A stretch of DNA of 62,044 nt, filler included, from Dugesia japonica (taxonomy: Eukaryota): the NCBI GenBank assembly GCA_001938525.1. It is 5 parts of 5 records of this genome, joined end to end, with 100 filler letters (N's around TTAATTAATTAA, not from the genome) between each part and the next. Parts side by side here need not be neighbours in the genome. Positions count along the whole stretch, not along the records: positions 24,138 to 32,816 come from MQRL01618398.1; positions 32,917 to 53,102 come from MQRL01604510.1; 3 more parts are not named here. One strand, 5' to 3'. Shown piece by piece: positions 29,472 to 41,333 of this stretch. The position numbers were made by a program, and so were the translations under genes. How positions within the stretch are numbered: position 1 is the first letter of the stretch; each line of letters opens with the position of its first letter. The notes below the pieces were generated by a model. The model saw nothing but the letters and a program-made list of their open reading frames with translations, did not search any database and was not told the origin of the DNA.

Positions 29472-31310
29472 TAATTAAAATTATTTTCAACTTACCTTAA
29501 TAATTATTTTAAAGAAAATTTTCAGCTGAGATGTAAAAAAATTAACTTTGCTTTAAACCAATTTCCAATGAATAATTTTCTGTATTAAATGATACATTAA
29601 ATTCTATAATACCAATTGATTTAATNTTTTCAAACAACTTTCATTATTAAAACTCCAAGTTGAAAATATAAAAATAGTTTGTATCATAGTCATAATGATT
29701 AAGTAAAGAAGGCTCAGAGAAATATTTAAAAATTTTATTAAAGTTTTTGAAATATGATATGTAAAGTTTATTAATTTTTTTTACTTTCAAACTTTTGTTT
29801 TAGTAATAAAATATCTTTAATTTTCAATATTTTCGTGACACGTTAAGTAAAAATTTTAAGCTTTTTTTTAAAAATAAATAATATAATAAGTTTATAATTA
29901 CAATTATTGTGAGATTAATTGTTGGACTTAACCATTGATCGGATTTGAGATTTCATTAAAATAAGTTTAGGTTTCAAATTTTTAAATAAAAATTAAAATC
30001 GTACCATATAATAGAAATCAAATATTTAATGATTTTGATTATTTCAGATACTTATTTTCATCAAAGTGGCAAGTAGAAAGCCTTTTTCTAGTCATTATCA
30101 CGATTTTGTATTGATTATTAAACTTATAAATTCTATAAATTAACTATTGATTATAATTATTAATTTTTATGAAGATTTTTATATTGAAAATGCGTGTTCA
30201 TGCGATGTTTTTAAGATACAAAAACTAATTAAATTCTTAAATAAACACAAGTCAAATCAGTTATTATCATTTAAAAATTCAATGTCAACTTTATTCTATA
30301 CATAAAATCAGATTATTGTAATTTATTTTCAAAAGCATATTGTGAAAGTTGCTTTGATCTAAATAAAATACAAAAGCGCATTTTTTTAAAATTTTCATTT
30401 TTAAAGCATGTATCAGATTAATATGTGTCCATCTGTCGTAAATCAAGAGTTGAAACTGTATATAAAACCCGTTGCGTAATCAATCCAATAATATAAGATT
30501 AAAATAAAATAAAAAGTGAATGCGTATTAAGTTTCAGATTATGCGACCAAATTCAAAGGTTTCGCACGCAATTCTTTCAAAATAATAACTATAATCACTG
30601 TTCAAAACTACACCAAGCAATGCTTATTTTGCCTTTTCTATTTTCTATTCTAGCTGTTTAGAAAATTAAATTTTTCAAAATCCAAATTTATGGTTTTCGA
30701 GTTCATAATTATTCATAATTATATCCACTTTTAAATTGAAATTAAAATATTAAATTAAAAAGCAATAAATATATAAAAAAACAAAATCTAATATGTATAA
30801 TAAAGTATAAAGGTAGAAATATTTTTTAATAATAAATAAAATTAAAAGAAAATATACAAAATATTAACCGGATAAGAAGAGAACAAATGAGAAAAATGGA
30901 AGATATTGAAAATTGGGTTGAAGCAACAAAAGAAAATAATGTTTATTGTACGTTTTTCTAAAAAAAATGTTAATTTGTATTTTGTTTTCTTTTGTCTTAT
31001 TTAATTAAATAAATAACAAAGACTTTTTTTTCAATAAGAAAAATATATTGTTAATAATAAATAATAATTTTAATAAATCAAATTAGAAGAGAATAGACAT
31101 AAAATATTAACATATGAATAAAACAAGAATTACATGTTAATAAATATCAATAATACATAATTTAAACCTATGGTTAATTGGAAATTCTTATTTAGCCATA
31201 ATAAAAANNNNNNNNNNNNNNNNNNNNNNNNNNNNNNNNNNNNNNNNNNNNNNNNNNNNNNNNNNNNNNNNNNNNNNNNNNNNNNNNNNNNNNNNNNNNN
31301 NNNNNNNNNN

Positions 31311-31900
31311 CTTTTTGAGGATGAATGCTGGGCGTGTTCTATCCACTGAAACGCTGTTCAGTTTACCTTTTATAAGGTATTTCGTGTTCTTTGTCATCTT
31401 TGGAGTAGATAACGATGTCATCAATATAAGCAGAAGCAAAAGCTTGACAACTGTTTAGACACTTGTTCATNTGTCTTTGAAATATTTGTGATGCAAAAGG
31501 CCAAACGGTATGATTATTGCTGTTTTGTGCTTGTCTGAATCTTGGATTGCAATTTGGTAATAGGCTTTCCTTAGATCCAATGTGAAGAAAATATTTCATC
31601 ATTGATTCTGTCTAGTATGTCACTCATTCTGGGAAGTGGATATCTGCCTGGGTTTGATTTGCTTCATAATTAATGGTCCCAATCTTTGAGCACGTTGATG
31701 AACTTGTGGACCGTTGATGTATATTCGCAGCACCGTTAGGTATTCCGAGTTTAAAATTTCATTACTGTGCTGTCGTCTTTGAAAGATTCAATTGCTATGA
31801 CAATCTATTAAAAGGCGATGTTTTGACAAAAAAATCTGATCCCATTATTGGACGCTTGACATCTGCTACTGTAAACGTCCATTGAAATGTGGCTGTGGTA
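31311..31900 (-). mobile_element. Heavily deleted Ty3/gypsy pol remnant
   Basis: RT fragments LDLRKAYYQI and SQIFQR..SAYIDDIVIYS; integrase-tail motif VSVDRTRPAF. Confidence 0.75.
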
Positions 31901-32129
31901 TGTGAAGTGAGATTGTCTTTTCACCATAAACTATAATTTCGCTTCCATTTGCAGTTAATAATGAATATTTGAACAAAAGATAAGAGTGTTGATTTTAAAA
32001 GAAAAATTTGAAATAATTCTACGTATGAAACAACATAATGTTAAAATTGAAGATATTTCGGTGGCAACAAATATTGAAAAATCAGCCAGAAGTGCATTAT
32101 CGTGTTGCAGAACAACGGGTTATCTATTG

Positions 32130-32720
32130 ACATTCACTGGACACTTTTCAATTAAATATTTATTTACTCGATCCAATTGTTCTTAGTAAAGGTCCTGCAT
32201 TCACAATTTATCCAGGTTTCATAACTTCAAAATGAAATATTTCTCGAATACTCCGCCAAACACACAAAAACACCTTGAAATAATTTAAATCTGGCTTAGC
32301 TGTACTTCGTGGTGACTCATTCGGATAGATTCACTGCTATTTGCATTGTGGATTATCATAGAGGCGCCATTTTTCATCTCCAGTGGTCAAGCGATCAAAA
32401 AGCGCTTCTGTATTGCACCAATGAAGCAATAAGTTGCATGTGACGGATTGGTTAGCTTTGTTTTCATCGGACAGATTATGTGGCATCCAAAAACCAACTC
32501 TAATTAGGTGTTACTAATCTGCTGCAAATATTCTTGGATGGTCGACTAAGGTTTGTTAAGAGAATTTGACAAATCATCGATTGTCTGACACGGATTTGTT
32601 TTCACTTCCGTCTTTAACAAGTGAATAAAAAACCGTGAAAACTTGTTTGAAAGACGATATTGAAAGATAATAATTGCTTATTTTGTTTTACCGTGATGAC
32701 TGAAAAATGAAGAATATCAA
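32130..32720 (-). mobile_element. mariner transposase remnant
   Basis: Minus-strand WMPHNL (WVPHEL motif), TGDEKWRLYDN and PRSTAKPDL. Confidence 0.75.
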
Positions 32721-32916
32721 CATAAATCAATTTGAGTTTTTAATGATAAAAAGTGAATTTGTTGAAACGGAATCAATAAAATAAAATCAATTAAATTTTT
32801 TTTACAATTGCAATTANNNNNNNNNNNNNNNNNNNNNNNNNNNNNNNNNNNNNNNNNNNNTTAATTAATTAANNNNNNNNNNNNNNNNNNNNNNNNNNNN
32901 NNNNNNNNNNNNNNNN

Positions 32917-33490
32917 GAAGATGGTAAGTTTTTCTTACTGATAAATCTTAATGACCCTTGCTGTTTTCTTCTTAAATTTTCTTAACCGGATTCTCTCCGA
33001 CTTTTCTGACCGGAATTATTCACATAAAACAGATTTTACCTCAATTTTAATTAATTTTTTTGTTTAAGTAATTATTATTTTCATGCATTTATTTCTTCAT
33101 TTGATTTTTATTTTCTTTAATAATTCTAATAAATTTGTGATTACTATAATTAATCACATTGAATTTGATCTTCTAGGTTTCTTATTTAATATTATTATCT
33201 GGATTTTCCATTCTGGCTTTCTTCTGGTTCTTTAATTTGGTAATGTTTATTCGTGACCTCTTTTAACCTTGATAATCGTTCCTTTGGGTGTTTTGCCCCA
33301 ACAAATCGCTCTCCGTCTTGTTTAAATTCCGTCCCGGAATTTGCCATAGCTCCTCCCCNTTGCAGAAAATTCCTTATTAATAAAACTGACAGAGCAAGGT
33401 GAAATTTAAGGTCATTACATGCTATCTCATACCACATACATAAAAATTTCTACGTTATACATTCAAATACAATATACATTAAAGTTTACA
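32917..33490 (-). repeat. 3' LTR (partial) of the giant element
   Basis: Starts TGTAAAC on the minus strand immediately after a purine-rich tract; runs into the contig end. Confidence 0.65.
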
Positions 33491-33505
33491 GTTCATCCCC
33501 TTCAT
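33491..33505 (-). promoter_or_regulatory. Polypurine tract (ATGAAGGGGATGAAC)
   Basis: Purine-rich 15-mer directly before TG, ~50 bp after the last ORF. Confidence 0.65.
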
Positions 33506-33555
33506 TGATTTCCGATGGATAAATTACAGTTTATTTACATCGCGCTCAACTTGTT

Positions 33556-34710
33556 CTAATCGACTTCCTCTAGTAGACCGTCCTGGTCGCTAGCTCGTGG
33601 TTTGGAACCATATTTTCGTAATATTTCCGTTACGATTGACTGGGACAGGTTTCTCTTAAATTGGTTATGATTCCACACTGAGGTTCTACTGTGTGTTCGG
33701 CTGGGTGTTGCAGAACCGAGTTGTTTACTTTGGGGTTCTTGTATCACTAAAGGAACTGGCTTTCTGGGTTGATTAGGTGCTGAGATTATGTGCGGGACTT
33801 GATCAATTATTTTGTTTATCCATTCTGGTATTTTGGATTTAACTGGAGCTGACNTGGGTTCCTGGATTATTAACGGTGTGTATTGTCTTGGTAGACTGGA
33901 GATTATTGGTTGCCATTCTGAAGAGTCAGGGTTTAGTGTTGATTTGGGTAGATTAAGACTGATTAGATTCCTTGGGTGTGGTAGGATCGGTAGTGCTAAT
34001 GGATGAAAAATTGGTTGCTGAGCTATGTGCGCTTGCTGTAGTTCCTTAATGGTGGCAAATTGCTCGACTAACTGTTGTTGTTTTTGTTTCATCTCATCTT
34101 CTTTTCCATGGTAGAGGTTTCGCAACTCAATGATTTCCTGCTCCAGGGCTTCGATGTATTGCTGTAAGAATTCGTTCTTTTGCTGGTAATCTTGCATTAT
34201 GCTCTCGAATTCCAAGGACAATTTATTGATACCAGCTTGTACCCCTTCTCGATTGGCTAGGCTGGTTAGGAGTTGATTTTCGGTAGCCAGATGATTTCTC
34301 TCAAACTGCGTGTTAAACAGTTCCTATCTAAAACTGTGGTTATTTTCTTGTTCGACTATTAGTTGATTCTCGAGTAACTTTATTTTAGGTTTGACTTTCT
34401 CATATTTACCCTTCCAGCTTTGGGCTTGTTTGATAGCATTTATTTTCGCTCTATTGGCGTCGATATTGCTTTTTATGTATTTTTGGTGGGTTTTGCACGA
34501 TCGCTTCTTTATTTCTAATTCGTGACGTGCTTTTTCTATTTAACTCTCCAACTCGCTAATATATTTTTGCAATTGTAAATTGGATAGTACATCGATTTTG
34601 GATTCCAATTTCCATTTAAGGACTTCAGGTACGGTGGTGAGGGTTTGAGTTTGTATTTGTAAGATTTGAATCTCATTGCTGAGATGGTTTATTAGGTTTT
34701 CCACGTTCAT
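33556..34710 (-). pseudogene. Accessory ORF3: ~385-codon long coiled-coil protein with a Pro-rich C-terminal half
   Basis: ATG at 34710 is in frame with ORF 33556..34221 across two point stops; heptad-rich E/Q/K/L N-half; repeated PL(I/V)IQEP motif in the C-half. Confidence 0.75.
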
Positions 34711-34825
34711 TTCTAAAATAGGAGAGAGTGATTATTTTTAGTATAATAACATTTTGACAAATATAAGTATATATAATCATACATTATTTACATATTTAAC
34801 TTTATTTATTAATGAAATTTTATTG

Positions 34826-36050
34826 CTAATGCCCTTCGTTCCGACACATAGGGCATTCATTTAAGTTTGTAGCACAATTATAGCATGTTTTAAAATGCCC
34901 ACATGGCAGAAATACGACCTTGATGGTTTCTACAAGTCAGATCACGCAATCGTGATCTAGTAATATCCATTCTTGTTCATATTTTGCCCATGGTTTTACC
35001 GATTTGACTGAGTTTTGATATAACTCATATGGAGTGACTTTTTCAGACCCTTTTTCTGTGAACGTTTGTTTTATTAACTGTTTGGTATTCGTCCTATTTA
35101 ACTTTAAGATATTAGACAACCGGTTAATCTGTAAGTCAATTGCCATTTCTATTTGACTAAGCGACATATTTCATTCGATTCTGTATGCTGTTGTTTGTAT
35201 TTCTTCCTCGTTGATTGGTGTTAGTCTTGAATAATTTGGTTGATGGAATACTTTCTTTGGTAATTTCTCTATTCCTTGTAGTAGTAGAGTTTCTCGTTTG
35301 CAAGTGGCGCATTTGATAACTTTATCTCTGGTTTGCTGGACGAGATATAATCCTTCCATTGCTTTTCCTTCGAGATTTGGTATTTTCTGGAAGGTTTTTT
35401 CTTTTTCTTCGATATCCCATTCCAGATCCTCTAACAAGGCTACTTCTGCTAGGTTCTTTATGATTTTACAATATAGCTTCTTTGGTTCTATTGCTGTTTT
35501 CTCGGTTTCGGGTTTTCTTCCTTTAGTTAGTTGGGATTTGTTGTTTACATTTACATTTAGCAGGAATGGAGAGGTAGGAAACCTTTCCCTATGTGCTTTA
35601 TTGGGTTGTTCATTCATGCCCCATTTGTGTAGGATGCCTTGACAATATATACATTTTACTCCATCTGGTCGTTCTTGGGTGCAGAAGTAATAAAATCCGG
35701 ATTTGGCCATAGCCTCAATAAGTCCAGATAGATAGTTGGGCAATTTGNNNNNNNNNNNNNNNNNNNNNNNNNNNNNNNNNNNNNNNNNNNNNNNNNNGTT
35801 GGGCAATTTGGCGAGAGATTGCTTTCTTGCGTGTTCGTCCCGGTACTTCTCATCAAACACTTTCATTGTGCGGTAACACACCCTTTTACTGATGAAATTT
35901 TCCGGTGCCACAAATACGTTACGGTATGTTTTGTGTTATTGCGGTTTGCTTGATTTCCTCTCGTCCTCTGCTCATGACAAATGATTCGATATCGGAATCT
36001 TCCATCAGTAATCTAGCTTCCTGTATTGATACTTCGAAATTGAATTCCAT
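34826..36050 (-). pseudogene. Accessory ORF2: inhibitor of apoptosis protein (BIR, degenerate BIR, C3HC4 RING)
   Basis: BIR AMAKSGFYY..DGVKCIYCQGILHKW..P.KAH...P.SPF (35564-35827); second BIR-like unit EKTFQKIP..EGLYL..DKVIKCATC..H; after two in-frame TGA stops, CVI*LVETIKVVFLPCGHFKTCYNCATNLNECPMCR (34841-34948), an IAP-type RING. Confidence 0.92.
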
Positions 36051-36279
36051 TTTCTACAAGAGGTATATTATATAGCATTGTTATAGTATTTCTTGATTTT
36101 ATCCTTATGAAACATACTATATTACATAGAATACATATTTATTTGTGGGCTTTCTTATTTTAGATAGCATATATATGTATATATAACCGTATTATTTATT
36201 TATTTTATTCATTTATTTAGTTTATATATATATATATTATGATTATTAGTTTTTTTTAACTTCCTCTATCTCTTAGATT

Positions 36280-36840
36280 TCAGACAAAACTGACTTGGTT
36301 GTGGACACTCCGGGTCTTGAGTGTCTCGATTTCCCTCCTTTGTGAATTTACTACTTTTTTAAGATATTTTAGTTCTCTTGATTGATCAGAGATCAGATCG
36401 TGTTGTTTGGCTACTAATTCCATAGTATAATTTTGTTTTTCTGTGGTGATTTCCAGCATTTGTCGATTTTCTATTATTTGTTGTCGACACATAAGGGTTT
36501 CTGCGTAGAGATTTTCATTCTGGATTTGTAAGATTTTATTTTTGAATTCCAATTCGCACCAATCTACGGGTTTCGTTGTTATTAGGGTTTGTATTAATTG
36601 ATTTTGGTTGAGCTCCAGTTCTTCCAATCGTTGTTGGGTCCATTAAGTTTGGGTTCTAGCACTATTCCATAGTTCTTTAAATTCCTCGTTATGATTTTGC
36701 CAGATTTCATTTAACGTTGCTTGTGGGGGTGTATTGCTTTTAAGATTATTTAATAGAGAGAAATTTCTAGTGCATGACGGACTTACATCAGTTTGAGAGT
36801 CCATAACTTCATTTCCGATTGTTGCTTCTTTTTGGTTCAT
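36280..36840 (-). pseudogene. Accessory ORF1: ~186-codon coiled-coil protein of unknown function
   Basis: ORFs 36643..36840 and 36280..36627 are in frame across a single TAA; heptad-like C-half. Confidence 0.7.
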
Positions 36841-36942
36841 TTCTGAATGTGAAACATTGATTAACTTCGCCGTTGTTTTTGTCTATATACATATTGATAA
36901 GTATTTTACAATTTACATTATTTACAGGTAATTTTTCCTTAT

Positions 36943-38985
36943 TTAACATACCAATATACCCGGTGCCTGGTAGTATCCGGGCCCGTACATTGGTAATTCG
37001 TGAGGTGCGTTTCCTAGTGAAATTCCATAATAACTTGGTGGGGCGAATGGTAATTGTCGCTCCCGTCTGCTGCGGTGATGTTTCTTTTTCTTTGGTTTCG
37101 AAACACATAGACAAATAATGCTTATTATTAACACCGTAATAATAACTCCTCCAATACCTATCACATATCCTAATTCCTGACCTCTTGTTGATTGTACTGT
37201 GATAGTAGTTCTCCTAGGTTCTGTAGTGATTCTTCCTATGCTTTCTAGGTGATTCTTTCTTGGCTCAAATTTGCGTATATTTGACATCCAATTTTTCAGA
37301 AACTCCGCCCTTCTTACTTCCTTCTCATGGTTTTTTGTGGTGGTGGTTATCTGAGTTCCAATGGTAGTTGATAATTTAGGCGTGTGTGTGGACATTTTGG
37401 TGGTCTCCTTTTGTTTTCCTTTTGTTTTTGTTTTGATTACTATATATTGATTGATCACTGTGATGAATTCAAATCCCCATAATTCTTTGTCGAATTCCCC
37501 AATGCCCATTTCTTGGTACCTTTCCCCTCTCCAATATTTTTTACTTCCGAACTTCCATCCCCACTCGTAGAGATCTTTGATCGTATGTATTACCATTTGT
37601 TCCACCTTCTCCACAACCCGTATATAATACCTACGCTTAACTTTTTTCACTTGTAGTGGATATGGCCCCGGTTGCCAATATGGTTTCCATCCCTCCATTT
37701 CCTGATTTGTTATGGAATGTACTTCTCGACCTTGAGTGACTGTTATGCTTTTTTGACCTATTTCTTTTCCTTTTTTATTCCACACATCCGATTTGTATCG
37801 CATGTGCTGCCATATCATAGTATGGTAAAGGTATTCGTTTTTTGAACATATTTTCGGAATCTCATCTCTTGTATTCCTGGTTATCCATTTTTTGTACTTG
37901 AGGTTATTTTCCGAATAATATAGTACGAAGTTCATTTCTTGCTGGGGTTCAGATTCGTTACTTGCTTCGTAGACTAATGGATTCTTTTCATTTTTTAACG
38001 TTACGTCCCAGGTTTTTTCTATCTGCCACTTATTGATATCAAATGTCAATAGTTTTCCTACTATTGGTTCTTGGCTTAGGAATTGTATAATAATCCTCCC
38101 TTTTACTTGATGCAGTTTAATCGTAGTGCTTTTTTGGCTTTTGATTACTGGTGTTAGAATTAATTTTCCGTAACTATACAGTGCCTGGGTTCTCTGTTCC
38201 CTTCGCAGCCTTATATGACTTATTTTTATGACGTGTATTTTCCTTTCCCTGAGGAATATTCTGTGTTCTGTTAGGACTGGTTCGTTTACCTGGCATTCTT
38301 GTCCTCTGATTCCCTTTAGGATCATTATTATAGTTGTTAGTACGATTTGCCCACTGGGAATCTCGTTCTGAGTGGTTACTTGTACTTGCCGTATTGCCAA
38401 TGCCAGTAACGCGAGCCCAACCAGAATTATTCCGGTTAACCCATACAACATTAGTGACATAGGAAGTCCTCTTCCCATGTTTCCGTTTATTCTCATTGTC
38501 AGCCACGTTAATATACCATAATCCCAATTTGTGTTGATTACTGCCCATAACAACAGAGATATTTTAACTATTAATTCCATTTTATTCCTCTTCTCGCTTC
38601 TTTGCAATAGTTCCTTTTTTGATTTACCTGGTTCTGTTTGTTCCCCCTCATCCTGTATCCATATCATTTTCCTTTTCTTCGCCCTTCTGTGCGTTGTTTG
38701 GACTAATTGTCTTTCTCTTTCTTCCATTCCATCCCCTTGGCCCTGTAATTTTTCTCTCGTTGGTTTCCCTTGTTTTTTACACTCTTCGAGGGGATTTGCG
38801 ATAATGCTTGGTTCCGATTTTTTCCAAGTTACATTGCTTTGGATAGTTGGCATGACCATGCTTCCTGGCAATCGGGCTTCTAACGGTTCATATACTCTAA
38901 TCCAGTTCCATCGTACTAGCGTATGGTGAAATAGATGAATGGATTTTAACAATTCTTTGCTGTATACTTCGCACAAGATAAACAC
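36943..38985 (-). CDS. 680-aa membrane protein: three N-proximal hydrophobic segments, ~380-aa ectodomain with Thr-rich stalk, C-terminal TM, basic tail with PPSY
   Basis: Intact ORF; hydrophobic runs LIVKISLLLWAVI, LMLYGLTGIILVGLALLALAI, IVLTTIIMILKGIRG|Q; TM LGYVIGIGGVIITVLIISIICLCV followed by SKPKKKK; no recognised homolog. Confidence 0.8.
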   Translation of the reverse strand: MFILCEVYSKELLKSIHLFHHTLVRWNWIRVYEPLEARLPGSMVMPTIQSNVTWKKSEPSIIANPLEECKKQGKPTREKLQGQGDGMEERERQLVQTTHRRAKKRKMIWIQDEGEQTEPGKSKKELLQRSEKRNKMELIVKISLLLWAVINTNWDYGILTWLTMRINGNMGRGLPMSLMLYGLTGIILVGLALLALAIRQVQVTTQNEIPSGQIVLTTIIMILKGIRGQECQVNEPVLTEHRIFLRERKIHVIKISHIRLRREQRTQALYSYGKLILTPVIKSQKSTTIKLHQVKGRIIIQFLSQEPIVGKLLTFDINKWQIEKTWDVTLKNEKNPLVYEASNESEPQQEMNFVLYYSENNLKYKKWITRNTRDEIPKICSKNEYLYHTMIWQHMRYKSDVWNKKGKEIGQKSITVTQGREVHSITNQEMEGWKPYWQPGPYPLQVKKVKRRYYIRVVEKVEQMVIHTIKDLYEWGWKFGSKKYWRGERYQEMGIGEFDKELWGFEFITVINQYIVIKTKTKGKQKETTKMSTHTPKLSTTIGTQITTTTKNHEKEVRRAEFLKNWMSNIRKFEPRKNHLESIGRITTEPRRTTITVQSTRGQELGYVIGIGGVIITVLIISIICLCVSKPKKKKHHRSRRERQLPFAPPSYYGISLGNAPHELPMYGPGYYQAPGILVC

Positions 38986-39431
38986 AACTTTTTTAGGGTG
39001 GATTGCCGGATAAGTGCTTCAATTGGTAGTTCGATCCGTGACCCTTCACAATCTTTTTTGAACCAATGTTTTCGTCTCGATAACCATGCTTTCTGATCGT
39101 AAATAGCCTTCCACGTAATTTTTAGTATAATTTGTGTTTTCTTCACACATTGTGAACAGTTTCTTTCTAATTGCATTACTGACAGTTGGCATGTTACTTT
39201 TCTGATATGGGCACCATTCTCCTCTGTTCTAGGTGTTTGCATTCCTTGATATGTAATTGGATAGATTGTAGTAGCGCTCATAGCTTCTATCATAAGTGGT
39301 CTACGCATTTGGTTACCTGAATTGAAAGACAATGTATTAGCCCTTTGATTCATAACAATTTCTTTATTATTAGTTAACGACGCACTTTGCCGTATCTGCT
39401 GGGATTGGATATTACTTGATGTATGTTTGAT
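38946..39431 (-). pseudogene. Post-integrase linker region with Cys pairs (CSQC, CLSC)
   Basis: In frame with the integrase tail across one TGA at 39432; overlaps the 680-aa ORF in another frame. Confidence 0.55.
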
Positions 39432-41324
39432 TCAACCTCTTTTACCAGTTTGTTTTATCCCAGAAATACTCGGTGAGGTATTTATGATTGTACTACCTTC
39501 CTTAGTTTTTCCTTGGTTGATGGTTTGTCTACAAACATTCATCTTTAATACCTTAGTTATCTTTTGTAATTCTGTTTCCGTTCTTACTGTATTTGTAGCA
39601 GGTAGACTCGTTTCTTGTTTTACTTTTTTCTCTTTTCCCGTTAATAATCCTTCCCCGTTTTCTTCAAACTCAGCGTCCTTGCTGAGACTGTTTTTCTTTA
39701 CCACTGTTTCCCTACTCCATGGTGAAGGATTTATTAGTAGTTTACTATTTACCGCCATGGCTTTTTGTGACCGTAATGGATAACTGTGTGATATATTTGC
39801 TTCCATTCCTTTCGACTTCCGTGGCCGCCCTGGCCTTCTACGGTCCGTCGTAGTGGGCTCGATGCTTGTGGTTGGTGCGGCTTCTTCTGTCATCGCCGCC
39901 TTTTTACACAAGTTGGCGTGGTATATCTTGGGCTTCTCTAGTAGGTTCCCTTTTTTCCGAACATTGAGGTTAGTTTCTGTTACTTCGATTACTTCATACG
40001 GTTCTTGCCATAGTCTTTTTAATTTTGATGTCGTACCGACAAAAATATCTGGTAAATTGATAATTACCATATAGCCTTTTTTTAAAGGAATGTTGCGCCG
40101 CTGATTTGTCATGTAGTTCCTTGTAGCTTTCCTGGTAGAAACCTACATTTTCTTTGGCTTGTTTCCATATTTTCTGCATGGTCTCATTTAAATTTGCAAC
40201 AAAACCCGTTTCATCTTGATATTGTGTTATCGTTGGTTGGAATTCCAAATCAATAGGCATGTTGCGTTCCCTGCCATACATAAGACCGAATGGAGTGTAT
40301 TTAGTTGCTGGGTGCACACTCATCCGATATGCAAATAGGCATAATTGAATATGCTTATCCAAGTTGTTTTGTTCCTTCTGCGCGTAACTATACAACGTAT
40401 TGATCAGGGTTTTGTTAAACCTCTCCGTTAATCCATCCGTTTGCGGATGATATGGTGATGTCCGTAGTTGGTGTATTTTGAGAAAGTTCGATATTTCTGC
40501 TAATATATTGCTCATGAAATTTTTTCCTTGGTCGGTCAATATTTTCTTCGGAGTGCCGTATCTGCTGAAGAATTTTCGTACCAAAATGTCTGCTTTTGTG
40601 GTCGCTTTCTGATTCTTCATCGGAAGTGCCTCTGGGAATTTGGACAGATAATCCATTATGGTGAGTATGTAGATATTTCCGCTTAGGGTTGGTGGTAATG
40701 GTCCAACTACATCCATAGCGATGATTTCCATTGGCGCCGCTGGTACCGCAATGGGTTTTAATAACGCTTTTACTTTTTTCCTGTTCCTCGTCTGGCAGCA
40801 CATATCTGACATTTAGCAATCCATTCCTTCACTGATTCTGTCATGTGAGGCCAGTAATATTTCTGTCTTAATTTGGATTCAGTTTTNNNNNNNNNNNNNN
40901 NNNNNNNNNNNNNNNNNNNNNNNNNNNNNNNNNNNNNNNNNNNNNNNNNNNNNNNNNNNNNNNNNNNNNNNNNNNNNAACCATCCTTTGGTAAGTGCATA
41001 ACGACCGCCATTCTTCTTTAGGTGTTCCTTCATCTTGGGTTCACATTCTAACTTTTCCAAATTATAACTTTCCATATATTTTATAATGATCTGGATCTCC
41101 TCGTCGTCAGCCTGCGCTTGTTTTAACCCATCGAAATTTCTATCTTCGGCCAATATAAAATATACCATACCAACTATTTTCTCCAATAACTCCCTGAATG
41201 TAAATGTTTCTGTAACCTCGGGTGCGTTCTCCGTGGCTTCTGGTCCACCGATCCTTGATAGAGAATCCGCATTTGAGTTGGCTTTGCCTGTTTTAAATTT
41301 TAATAGCGGACAATAATCTTGCAT
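39432..41324 (-). pseudogene. Integrase (zinc-binding, DDE core, SH3-like GPY/F region, AT-hook tail)
   Basis: KYYWPHM..CQIC; IAMDVVGP, LTDQGKNF, YHPQTDGLTERFN; LWQEPYEVIEV..HANLCKK; RRRPGRPRK; frameshifts near 40790 and 40080. Confidence 0.95.
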
Positions 41325-41333
41325 TGCTAGTTG

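Noticed and set aside
31975-32110. CENP-B/pogo-like HTH start (RVLILKEKFEII)
   Set aside because: Only ~35 codons, interrupted by the mariner remnant; too short to call.
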